Assembly (NCBI GenBank): GCA_038231275.1
Contig: JBBRLQ010000023.1
Location: 32,001-96,000, forward strand
Origin: Polyangiales bacterium
GTDB taxonomy: Bacteria > Myxococcota_A > Polyangia > Polyangiales > Polyangiaceae
Length of the DNA stretch: 64,000 nucleotides
Direction: 5' to 3'
The position numbers and the translations under genes were made by a program. Below the pieces are notes generated by a model that saw only the letters and a program-made list of their open reading frames with translations, did no database searches and had not been told where the DNA came from. Of this stretch, positions 1 through 13,700 are shown in pieces (within the stretch, counting starts at the first letter, position 1; every line of letters begins with the position of its first letter).

Positions 1-1
1 C

Positions 2-637
2 GCCGCCGGGCAAGCTGCGTGTTATTCCGACTGCGATCAGGCCACGCCCTCGCAAATCGAGGTCTTCACGGGATGCGCCGACAACTCGGTGTGCGATCCC
101 GCGTGCCGCACGAACATCACGCCGAAGCCCTCGGGCTCGAGCGGGACCTCCGGAGGCAGCGGCGGAGGCGGCGGCGCGACGGCGTCCTCGTGCGGCACCG
201 CGTGCGACAAGCTCGTCTCGTGCAGCCTCATCCGCGTCGGCGACAAGAGCGCTTGCCTGACCGAGTGCCAGAAGAGCGCGTACCAGTACCAGATCGACTG
301 CGTGAACAACGTCGCGTGCGACAAAGTCGCGAGCGCGTGCGGCAGCACGACGACCGGCGGCGGCAGCAGCAGCGGCTCCACGAGCGGCGGCAGCAGCAGC
401 GGGACCACGAGCGGTGGCTTCGACGCCAGCAACGATCAGTTCGACATCCAGGCGTGCCAGACCGCGTGCGACAATCTCAATTTCTTCAGCTGCCTGTCCG
501 CAACGGAGCACTCGGCGTGCCGCGATCTCTGCGCGAGCAGCACGACCGCGAAGCGCGACACCTTCAAGAGCTGCGCGAACGGCGCGGGCGGGGACTGCTC
601 GAAGGGGCAGGCCTGCTACGCCACGTTCCAGAACTGA
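2..637 (+). CDS. Cys-rich repeat protein, 5' end outside the window
   Basis: The frame of ORF 89..637 is open back to position 2 (AAGQAACYSDCDQ...). It has repeated C-x-TACD-x-L...C...SAC...C modules separated by S/G/T linkers. Confidence 0.8.
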   Translation, partial: AAGQAACYSDCDQATPSQIEVFTGCADNSVCDPACRTNITPKPSGSSGTSGGSGGGGGATASSCGTACDKLVSCSLIRVGDKSACLTECQKSAYQYQIDCVNNVACDKVASACGSTTTGGGSSSGSTSGGSSSGTTSGGFDASNDQFDIQACQTACDNLNFFSCLSATEHSACRDLCASSTTAKRDTFKSCANGAGGDCSKGQACYATFQN

Positions 638-651
638 CGTAAGCTGAACGC

Positions 652-1395
652 GTGCGCTTCGTACCGTCCTTCGCCGCCATGACGGCGCTTCCCGCCGCCC
701 TCCTGCCGGCGCTGGCGCTGACGCTCGGCGGCGCGGCGTGCGAAACGACGGTGAACCTCGGCAACGGACCGGACGCCGCTTTCTTGCCCGACGCCACCGC
801 AGACGCGGGGCTCGACGCGACGAACGACACGGGCGGCGCCGACGGTGTGTCCGACACCAATCCCGTTGCCGATACGGCGGGCGACACGAACCCGCCGCCG
901 GATGCCGCCGACGCGGGACCGAAGGGCATCTTCATCACGCGCGCGACCTACACGCCCGACTGGGGCGGCGTCGCCGGCGCCAACTTCCGCTGCCAGGCCT
1001 CTGCGAACGCCGCGCAGCTCGGCGGGACGTGGAAGGCGTGGATGAGCGACACGTCGCACGACGCCGCAAATGAGTTCACGTCCGACGGCCCGTGGATCGC
1101 CGTCATCTCCGGAATCACGCTGTTCCAGAACAAGGCCAACCTCCGCGGCTTCCCGCTCGCGCAGATCAAGACCGACGAGCTCGGCCAACCCGCGGCCAAT
1201 CAATGGTGGACCGGGACATTGGCGAACGGCGTCAAGGCGCCGGACACCTGCCAAGACTGGTCGACCAAGTCGCAGTTCCCTGGCGGCCAGACCGGCGGGC
1301 GCAAGAGCCAAACCGGCGTCCCGGGCAAGGAGTGGACGGAGGATGTGGCCTACTCCTGCCAGAGCACCTTCGCGCTCCTGTGCTTGCAGGACTGA
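652..1395 (+). CDS. Lipoprotein with DUF1554/endostatin-like C-terminal domain
   Basis: Lipobox LGGAAC, D/A/T-rich linker, then IFITRATYT..WGGVAGANFRCQ..A...GTWKAWMS..WWTG..C.DW..C....LLC pattern. Confidence 0.75.
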   Translation: MRFVPSFAAMTALPAALLPALALTLGGAACETTVNLGNGPDAAFLPDATADAGLDATNDTGGADGVSDTNPVADTAGDTNPPPDAADAGPKGIFITRATYTPDWGGVAGANFRCQASANAAQLGGTWKAWMSDTSHDAANEFTSDGPWIAVISGITLFQNKANLRGFPLAQIKTDELGQPAANQWWTGTLANGVKAPDTCQDWSTKSQFPGGQTGGRKSQTGVPGKEWTEDVAYSCQSTFALLCLQD

Positions 1396-1405
1396 CGACC
1401 TCGAC

Positions 1406-1440
1406 TCACGGGCGGCGGCGCGTGTACGTGCCGTTCACGC
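1406..1440 (-). repeat. Displaced copy of the GH114 gene 3' end (direct repeat of 2091-2125)
   Basis: 30/35 nt identical to 2091-2125, with an exact 20-bp core GCGCGTGTACGTGCCGTTCA (1418-1437 = 2103-2122). On the minus strand it reads VNGTYTRRRP-stop versus MNGTYTRCRS-stop. Confidence 0.85.
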
Positions 1441-1503
1441 TTTTGTTTGAGACGGTTCACTGGTCGGACGCCTCAAGCCATCGAACCCCAACGAGGAGCT
1501 CCG

Positions 1504-2022
1504 ATGCGCTTCACTACGATTGGCACGATCACCCTTTCGTTGACGTTTGCTGGCGTGGGATGCGGCAGCGAGCCTCCCAAAGAGGAAACGGCCAAGACCC
1601 GTGAGGCCATCTGCTCGGGCGGCGGAGGCGGAGGCGACGCGTGCACGACATCCGGCTACTGCCCGCCCGAGTGCTCGACCTGCTTCTCTTCCGTATCCGA
1701 GCGACTGAGCTTGCAGAACCTGTGGAACTGCGAGCCGGGCGGCGGAGGCGGCGGCGGCGGAGGAGCGACGTGCACGCGGGGATCTCGCAACATCTCGAAG
1801 ACCGCCGGTCGGCGCGTCGAGCTCGGCTGGACAGGTCTGGAGTTCTGCGGTGAAGCGCAGAGCGCGGGTGCCCAAGAGTGCATGGGCTTGGGCGACGCGC
1901 AGTGCCGACCGTCCCCGGCCAACGACGGCATCGCCGAATTTGGGTGCGACGCCCTCGACCCCGACGGGCTCCGCTATTGCTATTGCACCACGCGCACGAG
2001 CTGCAGCTTCTCGAGCCGGTGA
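1504..2022 (+). CDS. Small Cys-rich lipoprotein, hypothetical
   Basis: GAGGAG Shine-Dalgarno before ATG 1504, signal peptide with AGVGC lipobox, many Cys, two poly-Gly linkers. Confidence 0.75.
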   Translation: MRFTTIGTITLSLTFAGVGCGSEPPKEETAKTREAICSGGGGGGDACTTSGYCPPECSTCFSSVSERLSLQNLWNCEPGGGGGGGGGATCTRGSRNISKTAGRRVELGWTGLEFCGEAQSAGAQECMGLGDAQCRPSPANDGIAEFGCDALDPDGLRYCYCTTRTSCSFSSR

Positions 2023-2090
2023 TCCCACCTCGCGCCAGCCCGCTTCCCCGCGTGCGGAGGCCTTGAGTGCTCGCCGTGCCGTCAGCGGCG

Positions 2091-2936
2091 TTACGACCGG
2101 CAGCGCGTGTACGTGCCGTTCATGCGGTTTGCGGCCGACAGGATCGAGAAGAACGCCTTCGCGTTCGCCTTCGGGCAGACCGAGCGCTGGTGGGTAGAGA
2201 CGTTGCCGTACTCGATGTTGATGACCGATTTCCCTGCGGCGACGAACGCCTCGACCTTGTCGCACTCGCCGAACTGGAAGCACTGCTCGTTGACCGCGAA
2301 ATCGAAGCTCGCGACGAGATCGGCGATCTGGTCGACGTCGTTCTTGAGCCCGACGATCATGCCGCGCGCGTGCGCCTCTTTTGCAAGGAACCGGTTGAAC
2401 GAGAGCTGGTCCTTGGCCCGCAGCGGGAAGCCGGTGTCGTTCGAGTACCCGTCGACGTTGTCGGGATCGACGCCGTCGCAGCCCGCGGCCTTCGCCGTGT
2501 CCAGGCGCGCGGCCATCACGGCGCGGAGGCCGGCGCTGCGGACGTCGACCCATTTCTCGCCGGCCCAGCCGTCCATCGCCTTGCCGAGCGCGGCCCTGGG
2601 GAATGACGCGTAGTCGGGGCGCCAGTTCTCGGCGCTTCCGGCGCTGAAGTAACAGACGACCTTGCGCCCGTTCGCATGGAGGCGGCCGATGAGGCCCGAG
2701 TCGACGTTGTCCCAGAGGTCTACGTCGTACCAGTCGACGTCCTCGTCCTCGTTCACGGGGTTCTCGATGTCGAGGCGCCACGTCGTGCTCGCCGGCACGC
2801 CTGGCGTCGTCGCGCTGGGATCGGCACCGGTCGAGTCCGCGAGCGTACCGTCGGAGCTCGGCTCGACCACGCGTCCGCTGCACGCCACCGCGACCGTCGA
2901 CAGCGCAAGAAGAGGGAAAATTCCAGCGAATCGCAT
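2091..2936 (-). CDS. Endo-alpha-1,4-polygalactosaminidase (GH114) lipoprotein
   Basis: VVCYFSAGSAENWRPD, WAGEKWVDVR, GCDGVDPDNVDGY, GLKND and FAVNEQC motifs; lipobox VAVAC. Confidence 0.9.
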   Translation of the reverse strand: MRFAGIFPLLALSTVAVACSGRVVEPSSDGTLADSTGADPSATTPGVPASTTWRLDIENPVNEDEDVDWYDVDLWDNVDSGLIGRLHANGRKVVCYFSAGSAENWRPDYASFPRAALGKAMDGWAGEKWVDVRSAGLRAVMAARLDTAKAAGCDGVDPDNVDGYSNDTGFPLRAKDQLSFNRFLAKEAHARGMIVGLKNDVDQIADLVASFDFAVNEQCFQFGECDKVEAFVAAGKSVINIEYGNVSTHQRSVCPKANAKAFFSILSAANRMNGTYTRCRS

Positions 2937-2956
2937 GCGCACCTCACGGCGCGCCA

Positions 2957-2972
2957 AGCGTAATTCGTGCCA
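2957..2972 (-). promoter_or_regulatory. Putative sigma54 (-24/-12) promoter of the GH114 gene
   Basis: TGGCACGAATTACGCT on the minus strand, GG-N10-GC spacing, 20 nt upstream of the ATG. Confidence 0.6.
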
Positions 2973-3232
2973 CCCGCGCGGGCGTCGCATCTCTGCGGAC
3001 GCCCGTAGTGCGCAGCGTCTCTCCGCCGCCGAACGTCGCCCGCGCGCAACGCCCCTGGGGCGGTGACGGACCGCTCGGGCCAGGCGAAGGAAGAAGGGGG
3101 AACCGCGGCAGCGGCAGGGTGGTTGGAGGAGGACCGCCGCCGCCGCGAGCTCCTGGTCGTTCTACGCGCGACCCGGGAGGGCGGATCCGTGTTCCCGTTG
3201 CCCCCGCGGCCTGCTAACGAGGGTGATCGGCC

Positions 3233-6547
<3,315 letters not shown>

Positions 6548-6553
6548 GTTGCT

Positions 6554-7840
6554 CTAAGAGTGGAGGTCCCTGACCTCGGCGTCGAGTGCGTCGAGATCTT
6601 CCAGCTCGCGGACGGCGCGATCGAGATCGGGGTCGAGTGCAACGCGGATGCGCGTCTTTGCGTCGTCGTCGCGGATGCAGGAGACGATCGCGTCGATGCG
6701 CGCGCGCTCGCCGGGGCGGGAGACGCGCGACAGGACGCGTGCGCACGCCGCGCGGAGGGCGGGCTCCGCGTCGTGATCTTCGAGGGCCGCCCAGAGATCG
6801 CCCTCGGCGAAGGCGATGTCGCGGTAGCTCGTGCCGCGGGCCAGCTGGAGCGCGGTCGTCTCGAGGCGGGCGAGCCACGCGCGCGCTTCCTCGCCGTGCG
6901 CGCGCGCGAGCGGCGCCGCAGCACCCGAGTGGGCCTCGTGCCCCTCGACGCCGCGCGCGCGCTGGCCCGCGGCGCGGAGCTGGGCCATCAAGACCTCCAG
7001 CTCGGCGCGCGTGATGCCGCGCCGGCCATGCCGAGCGAGCTCGACCTTCGTCGCGACACGACGCGCCGTTCCGCGGCCGACGACGAGCCAGCCGTCCTCG
7101 AACCGCGCGCTCGTCAGCGCCGCGTACGGCACCGCGGTCCAGCCGCCGCGCGCGTCCTCGAGGCGCACGTCCGTCGGCGTCATCCACACCGAGCGCTCGG
7201 CCGAGCGGGCGCGCCGCCACCGCAACGTGGCCAGCGCGACGAGGGGGAAGACGACGACGAGGTACGCGAGCGGCCAGTCTCCGTATGCGGCCCTCCCGAA
7301 CGTCGTCGCGTACGCGAGCATCGCGGCGGCGCATGCGCCGAGCAACCTGTTGATCGCGCCGAGTCGGTCGACCGTGCGCGTTCCCACCGGCCAGCGCAGC
7401 GCCCCTGAGGTGTGGAGGCCGATGCCGAGGGCGTCCTTTACGCGTTTGGCGTCGGCCGCCGTCGCCAACTCGAGGATCGTGGGTCGATCGCGGCTCGCGC
7501 GCTGGAGGGCGAGAGTCTCGCCGCCGTCGGCGGACGCGCACGAGACCGCGCCGAGGACGTCGCGCGCATGAAGAGTCTGCGTGAGCAGGCCGGCCCCTCG
7601 CACCTCGACCCGCGCCGGGTGCGGCAAGAGGCGCGCCCGCTGAGGCCTGTGACGGCCCAGCAAGAGCGGCGCGACGAGCAGCAACGCGAGGCCACAGAAG
7701 AAGTCCGCCCCGAGCGCGGCGCCATCGACGGCCCACCAATAGAGACCTGCGAGCATCCCACACGCCCCGAGCGCCGGCAGGAGCGCACGGGTCCAGGCCG
7801 GCCCGCGGGCGTCATGTAGGGTCGCCCGCGCCTCCGTCAC
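6554..7840 (-). CDS. Hypothetical membrane protein (two TM hairpins, each followed by a beta-rich segment; helical C-terminus)
   Basis: 3' part of ORF 6554..8374 contains four hydrophobic segments. GTG start at 7840 chosen because CATCCT lies 6 nt upstream; start uncertain. Confidence 0.65.
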   Translation of the reverse strand: MTEARATLHDARGPAWTRALLPALGACGMLAGLYWWAVDGAALGADFFCGLALLLVAPLLLGRHRPQRARLLPHPARVEVRGAGLLTQTLHARDVLGAVSCASADGGETLALQRASRDRPTILELATAADAKRVKDALGIGLHTSGALRWPVGTRTVDRLGAINRLLGACAAAMLAYATTFGRAAYGDWPLAYLVVVFPLVALATLRWRRARSAERSVWMTPTDVRLEDARGGWTAVPYAALTSARFEDGWLVVGRGTARRVATKVELARHGRRGITRAELEVLMAQLRAAGQRARGVEGHEAHSGAAAPLARAHGEEARAWLARLETTALQLARGTSYRDIAFAEGDLWAALEDHDAEPALRAACARVLSRVSRPGERARIDAIVSCIRDDDAKTRIRVALDPDLDRAVRELEDLDALDAEVRDLHS

Positions 7841-7957
7841 CCCACAAGGATGCGGCCCGCGGAGCGTCTGTGCAACGGCCGGTGGAATGCCCAGTCCGCC
7901 GCGTTCGTCCTCGAAGTAGCTCGCGACGCGCGCGCGGGGTAAAAGGTTCACGAGGAC

Positions 7958-8440
7958 ATGCTCATGGCGTCTCGGAAGTACCCGCTCGACCCCCTCGCGA
8001 AGCTCCGGGAGCAGCACGTCGACGACGCGACGCGTGAGCTGGCGGCGGCTGTCCGCGCACGGGAAGCGGCGGAGCAACGTACCCGCGCCGCCGCGACCGA
8101 AAAGGAGCGCGCCGAGGAGCGTGCCCGGGCGGTGCGCGAGGCGGAGCGCACGAAGCTCGAGCAGGGTGAGCTCAAGGTGGCCGATCTCCAACGCGCCGAC
8201 GCGTGGGCGATCGCCGCCGCGGAAGAGAAGCGTCGCCTCGAGGAGCACGTCGAGCGCGCGCGGGAGGCCGAGACGCATGCGCGCACCGGTGAAGGACAGC
8301 GCCGCGCCGAGCTGGCGACCACCAAGGCCGACGCCGACGTCGTGAACAAGGACCGCGCGAAGTGGACCGAGCACGAGCGCAAAGACGCGCTCGTGCGAGA
8401 GGAAGAGGAGGCGGGCGAGGCATGGCGAAAGCGCGGATGA
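7958..8440 (+). CDS. Coiled-coil protein, FliJ/YscO(SctO)-like
   Basis: N-terminal YPLDPLAKLREQHVDDA, ~155 aa all helical, C-terminal ..W..ERK...REEEE pattern. Confidence 0.6.
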   Translation: MLMASRKYPLDPLAKLREQHVDDATRELAAAVRAREAAEQRTRAAATEKERAEERARAVREAERTKLEQGELKVADLQRADAWAIAAAEEKRRLEEHVERAREAETHARTGEGQRRAELATTKADADVVNKDRAKWTEHERKDALVREEEEAGEAWRKRG

Positions 8441-10794
8441 GAGCGGGCCTTACCCTTTGCGTTGCCCTCGTCGCGGCCTGCCGCGGCGGCGGAGTCGGCG
8501 GCCCCGCGCCTGTGGTCTCCACCGCAGAGCCCGCGAATCCTGCGCCGCCTGCGGCGGGACCGGCTCGCATGCCCACCGTTCGTGTCGTCATGGACGATCC
8601 ACGCCTGAAGGACGCACGCGAGCGCGAGCACGCGAAGGACTACGCCGGCGCACTTCGCGCGTTCACGCTTGCGCGGCAGGGCCAAACGCTGGCGCCGGCC
8701 GACGCGTGCGCATGGGATTTCGTCGAAGGGCGCCTCGCGTCCGCGACGGGGGATCTCGCGGCGGCCGCGTCGGCGTTCGATCGCGCCACGAAGACGGCGA
8801 CCGCCACGTGCGAGCTCGCGCCGTACGCGACCCTCCGCGCCGCGCAGGCATACGCGCGCGGTGGGAAGGCGGACGAGGCGATCGCACGCGCGCGCGCAGT
8901 GCCCGAGGCGCTGCCGATCAAGGACGAGACGAAGGTCCTCCTCGCCGAAGCGCTCGCCGCGAAGGGCGATCGTGCGGCGGCGGTCGCGTCGTGGCGCGCG
9001 CTCTTGGCGTCGGGTCCACACATGGCGCGCTGGGTCGACACGGCCGTTCGCCTCGCGACCGCGCTGCTCGACGGCGTCGATGGCGACCCTTCGTCGCACG
9101 CGCGCGAGGCCTACGATCTGGCGCTTCGCGTCGCGGTCGAGGCCCCGAAGCTCGCGGAGACCTCGGGCGCCAACCTTCAGCGCGCGCGCGCGACCACGCT
9201 GCTCCGCGCCAAGGACGCTTCGTTCTCCGACGCGCTCACCGACGCCGACCGCGTCAAGCTCGCGCAGGCGTGGATCGACGCCGGGGAAGCGGCGAAAGCG
9301 GTCGCCGAAGCGGGTGCCGTGCTGGCGGCGGCCCCGAAGCCCACGCCGACTGGCGGCATCTTCTGCAAGGCCGCCTCCCTGCGCGCGACGGCGAGCGCCA
9401 AGCTGAAGGGCGTCTCGTCCGCCGACGCATGGGGCGACGCCATCCTCGCGTGCGCGGGCGACGACGCCCTCGTCTCCGCCCTCTACTCCGGCGGCAAGGC
9501 GAGCCTCGCGGCGAAGCGCACCGCGGAAGGGCTCGATCGCTTCGCCAAGCTCGAGCAGACGTTCCCCAAGCATCGCCTGGCCGACGACGCCCGCTTCCAC
9601 GCCGCCGTCGCCGCCAAGGACGCCGGCGACGAGACGCGCTTCGTGGCGATGATGACGAGCATCCCGGTCGACTACCCCGAAGGCGACATGCGCGGAGAAG
9701 CGCTCTTCCGGGTCGCGCTCTCGCACGCGTCGCGCGGTGATTGGGCCGCCGCGAAGACGCCGCTCGACGATCTGGCCGTGCGCGAGAAGGATGATCGCCA
9801 CTGGGCTACCGCCGCGCGCGCTGCGTATTTCCGCGCCCGCGCCGCCGCCGCGCTCGGGGACGCCGAGGACGCGAAGGCGCGGTACACGCAGATCGTCAAG
9901 GATGCGCCGCTCTCCTTCTACATGACGCAAGCGTACGCGCGCCTCGCCGAGGGCGACGCTCCGGCGGCCGCGCGCGCGCTCGACGACGCGGTGTCGCGCG
10001 ACGAGGGCGGCGCCTTCCCCGCCGCCGATCACCCGGAGCTCCACGGTCCGGGCGTCGATCGCGCGTGCCGCCTCCTCGAGGTCGGCGAGATCGAGGCCGC
10101 GAAGCGCGAGCTCGCGGCGGCGGGCGCGGTCGGCGACACCGTGCCCGCCGAGGTCGCCTGGGTGATCGGCGATCTCTACAACCGCGCCGGCGCGCCCGAG
10201 GTCGGACACGCTCTCGCGAAGGGCAAGCGCACCGAGTACCTCGCGCACTACCCGGTCGGGCGTTGGCGCACGCCGTGGGAGGTCGCCTTCCCGCGCGCGT
10301 TCGAGCCGCTCGTCATGAAGGAGAGCGCCGCCAACCGCATCCCCGCGCCCTTGGCCTGGGCGATCATGCGCGAGGAGTCGAGCTTCTATCCGGAGGCCAA
10401 GAGCGTCTCGAACGCCTACGGGCTGATGCAGCTCATTACGCCAACGGCGCAGTGGATGGCGCCGGGGACCGGTTATGGCTTCGACGAGGCGTCGCTCAAG
10501 AGGCCCGAGGTGTCGATCGCGTTCGGGACGAAGCTGCTCGGCAAGCTGCGCACGCAGTTCGCGGTGAACCCCGCGCTCGCGATCAGCGCGTACAACGGCG
10601 GCGGCGGCGCGGTGCAGCGATGGGTCGCGCAGCGCAGTGGCACCGACTTCGAGCTCTGGGTCGAGCAGATCCCGTGGGAGGAGACGCGGCTCTACACCAA
10701 GCGCGTCCTCGCCAGCCAGGCGGCGTACGCGTTCCTCTACGAGCGGCCCGCGCTCGCCGAGGTCCTGTCGATCCCGCGGAACGTCGGTCCTTGA
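8437..10794 (+). CDS. TPR-containing soluble lytic transglycosylase (Slt-like) lipoprotein
   Basis: AIMREESSF, AYGLMQL, AYNGG and ETRLYTKRV SLT motifs; lipobox LVAAC; ATGA overlap with the upstream gene. Confidence 0.92.
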   Translation: MRAGLTLCVALVAACRGGGVGGPAPVVSTAEPANPAPPAAGPARMPTVRVVMDDPRLKDAREREHAKDYAGALRAFTLARQGQTLAPADACAWDFVEGRLASATGDLAAAASAFDRATKTATATCELAPYATLRAAQAYARGGKADEAIARARAVPEALPIKDETKVLLAEALAAKGDRAAAVASWRALLASGPHMARWVDTAVRLATALLDGVDGDPSSHAREAYDLALRVAVEAPKLAETSGANLQRARATTLLRAKDASFSDALTDADRVKLAQAWIDAGEAAKAVAEAGAVLAAAPKPTPTGGIFCKAASLRATASAKLKGVSSADAWGDAILACAGDDALVSALYSGGKASLAAKRTAEGLDRFAKLEQTFPKHRLADDARFHAAVAAKDAGDETRFVAMMTSIPVDYPEGDMRGEALFRVALSHASRGDWAAAKTPLDDLAVREKDDRHWATAARAAYFRARAAAALGDAEDAKARYTQIVKDAPLSFYMTQAYARLAEGDAPAAARALDDAVSRDEGGAFPAADHPELHGPGVDRACRLLEVGEIEAAKRELAAAGAVGDTVPAEVAWVIGDLYNRAGAPEVGHALAKGKRTEYLAHYPVGRWRTPWEVAFPRAFEPLVMKESAANRIPAPLAWAIMREESSFYPEAKSVSNAYGLMQLITPTAQWMAPGTGYGFDEASLKRPEVSIAFGTKLLGKLRTQFAVNPALAISAYNGGGGAVQRWVAQRSGTDFELWVEQIPWEETRLYTKRVLASQAAYAFLYERPALAEVLSIPRNVGP

Positions 10795-13700
10795 CGGAGA
10801 AGGTGATCGTCGAGAGCGAGCGGCAGGTCGAGCGGCTCGCGCGAGAGGGGACGGTCGCCGAGACGCGCAGCACGCTGGCGCGCCGGCTCATCGAGCAGCT
10901 CGCGCCCGACCTCGAACTGGCGTCGCCCGAGCTCGCGCGCCTCGCGCTCGACGTTGCGCTCGCGCGAGACGCGTCGCGTGATCCGCTCCTCGCGCGGCTC
11001 GCGCGCGCAGGAGGCAGCGCGTGGCTGCGGACCGTCGACGCGCTCGACACCGCCCTCGGCGCCTTGCGAAAGGCGGCCGTGACCGCCGATGCGCTCGCGG
11101 ACGCCGCGACGGCGGGGGGCGTCGCGGGCGCGCGCGCGCGGACGCTGGAGGCCGCGATGCGCGGGCTGGACGACGGGCTCGAGCGCGCCGGGCTCGTCGA
11201 TGGCCGCGCCGCGGGGTCCCGCCTCGCTCGCGTCCTGGCGACCGTGTCGCCCGATGCCATCGCGGCGGCGGTCGGCGGCGTGCGCGTCGTCGCGCGTGGC
11301 ATCGTCACCTGGGACGCCGCCGATATCGCGTGGTGGCGCGGCCTCGATCTCGCGCTCTCCCGCAGGGGCGGTGGCGCGAAGGTCGAGCTCCCCTCGTTCG
11401 ATCGCGTCCTCGAGCCGGATCGCGAGCGCGATCCGCTCGAGATCATCGCCGACGACCTCGCGCGTGGGCTGGACGACGCGCCGGCGTTCGCGGCGATCGA
11501 CGCGCCGCTGGGCGATCTGCGCTTCGAAGGGGCGCTCCCGCGCGAGGCCACGACACAGCTCGAGGTGCGTCGCGCCGCCGACGCGATCGCGCAAGCGCGC
11601 GCGGTCGCCGACGCCGTGACCGATGCCATCCTGGCAGGGGCGCCCATCGATCGGATCGCCGTCGCCCTCCCGCGCCTCGACGAGGAGACGATGGCGCCGC
11701 TTCGCCGTGTCTTCGACGACGCGGGACTCGTCGCGCACGATCCGCGCGGGCCGGCGCCGGCGGGAGCCGGGCTCGTAGCGTGCGCGATGGATGCGCTCGC
11801 GATCGCGGCGCGCGGTCTCCCGCGGCGAGACGTGGCCGTCCTCCTGCGCTCGCGTTACCTCGACGTGCAAACGCTCACGGGGATCGCCGAGCGCCGCGAC
11901 GCCACGTCGAAGCTCCTCGACCTCGCGCGCGCGCTCGAAGAGACCCCGACCGCGCGCGACGCGGACGGACGCGGGCCGGTCGCGGCAATGGTGGCGACCG
12001 CGCGTGCGTATCGACCTCGAGCCGATCGCGAAGAGGAACCGAGCGTGGTGATGTCGCGCGCCGATCTCGCGTCCCGCATCGGGCAGATCCTCGCCAGGGG
12101 CGGCGCCGCGCGAACGGCGAGCGAGCACGCAACGTCCGCGCGCACGCTGTTCGCGGCGCTGGGCCTGGGGCCGCGGATCGGGCACGGCGCGCGCGTCGCG
12201 CTGGCCAAGGACGCGCCGCCGCTCGGCGTCGCGCGCGCCGAGCTCCGGGCGCTCGCGCGCGACGCGCACGCGTGGGACGTCCTCACGCGCGCGATCGACG
12301 CGTACGAGGCGGCGGCGCGCCGACTGGGGCTCGCCGACGCGCCGGCGAGCGACGAAGCCTTCCGGCACCACCTCGCGCGCGTCCTCGAGGTAGGCGCGCC
12401 CCCACTCGGCGCGGCGCGCGCCGGGACACTGCGCGTCGCTCGCCTCGCCGAGCTGGCCCACGAGGAGCTCGCGCTCTTGGTCGTCGTCGACGCGAACGAC
12501 GGCGTCTTGCCGTCGAGCCCTGCGCCGGATCCGCTGGTGCCCGACGCGCTGTCGACGCTCTTGAGGAAACAGGCGCCCGCCGCGGCGCCTGCCGGCCATT
12601 CGCTCCGTCGCGCGCGCGAGCTCGCGGCGCTGGGGCTCGCCGTCGCGGGCGCGTCGCGCGTGGTCGTCACGTGTCGTGCGCGCGACGAGCAAGGTGGGCT
12701 CCTCGCGGCGGCGCCGCTCGTGGCATGGCTCGAGAAGGGGAACGTGCCGTCGGTCCCTTTCCGCGCGTCGCGCATTCGCGATCGCGCGCTCTCGCCGTCG
12801 GATGCGCGGCTCGCGTGGCTCGCGTCGGCGCCGGAACACGCGGCGGTCCTCGCCCCCGATGCCGCACGCCGGGCGGCGATCGAGGGACGGCGCGAGTCGT
12901 TCTTCTACGATCCATCCCGCGCGGGAGACGAGGTGGTAGGAGCGTTGACCTCCACGTCCGAGATCGCTCACGCCCTCGCTGCGGAGACCGGTGCGTCGCA
13001 CCCCCTCGCGGTGACCTCGCTGGAGCGCGTCGCGGACTGCGCGTTCAAGGGCTTCGCCGAGGTCGTCTTGGGCGCGCGTGATCGCGAACCTCGCGGCGAG
13101 CTGCCCGACGTCCGCGAAGAGGGGACGCTCGTGCATGCCGCGCTCGCCGCCGCGTTCCGGGCGACGGCGGATCTCTGGACCGCGCGCCCGCGCGACGCGG
13201 CGGCGATCGAGGCACGGGCGCTCGCCGCCGCCGACGCGCTCTTCGCAGGTGAGCTCGTCGGCTCTTCCCTCCGCGACATCATGGTCGCGCGCGCGCGCGA
13301 CTCGGTGCGCGCCGTCCTCGCCTGGAGCTTGACCGACGACGCATGGGACTTTTTCGCGGCCGAACAGCCGTTCGGCGAAGCCGGCCCGGGCGCGTGGCCC
13401 CCGTTCGCGATCGAAGCCGCCGGCGCCATCGTGAAGCTACGCGGAAAGATCGACAGGGTCGACGCTGCCCACGCCGCCGCGCGCGCGCGCGCCATCGACT
13501 ACAAGGGAAACAAGCGAAAGGCGGCGGACGTCGCCCGCACGCTCGGGAGCACGTCCTTTCAGGTCCCGCTCTATGCCCTCGTGGCCGCGCGGGCGACCGA
13601 GCGCCCCGGGGCCGCGGGTCTGTATCTTCCGACCGGCGCGCGTGATCTCTCGCCCGATTACGCACCGAAGGACGCGTTCACCAAGAAGTGGGCGGACCTC

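Noticed and set aside
3085..3150. Purine-rich tract and GC stem upstream of carB, a possible attenuator
   Set aside because: No PyrR-type motif or U-tract; such GC pairing is expected by chance at this composition.
10065..10790. N-terminal extension of the AddB-like ORF as listed in the track
   Set aside because: Overlaps slt in another frame and is Arg-rich noise; the TTG at 10791 fits translational coupling.
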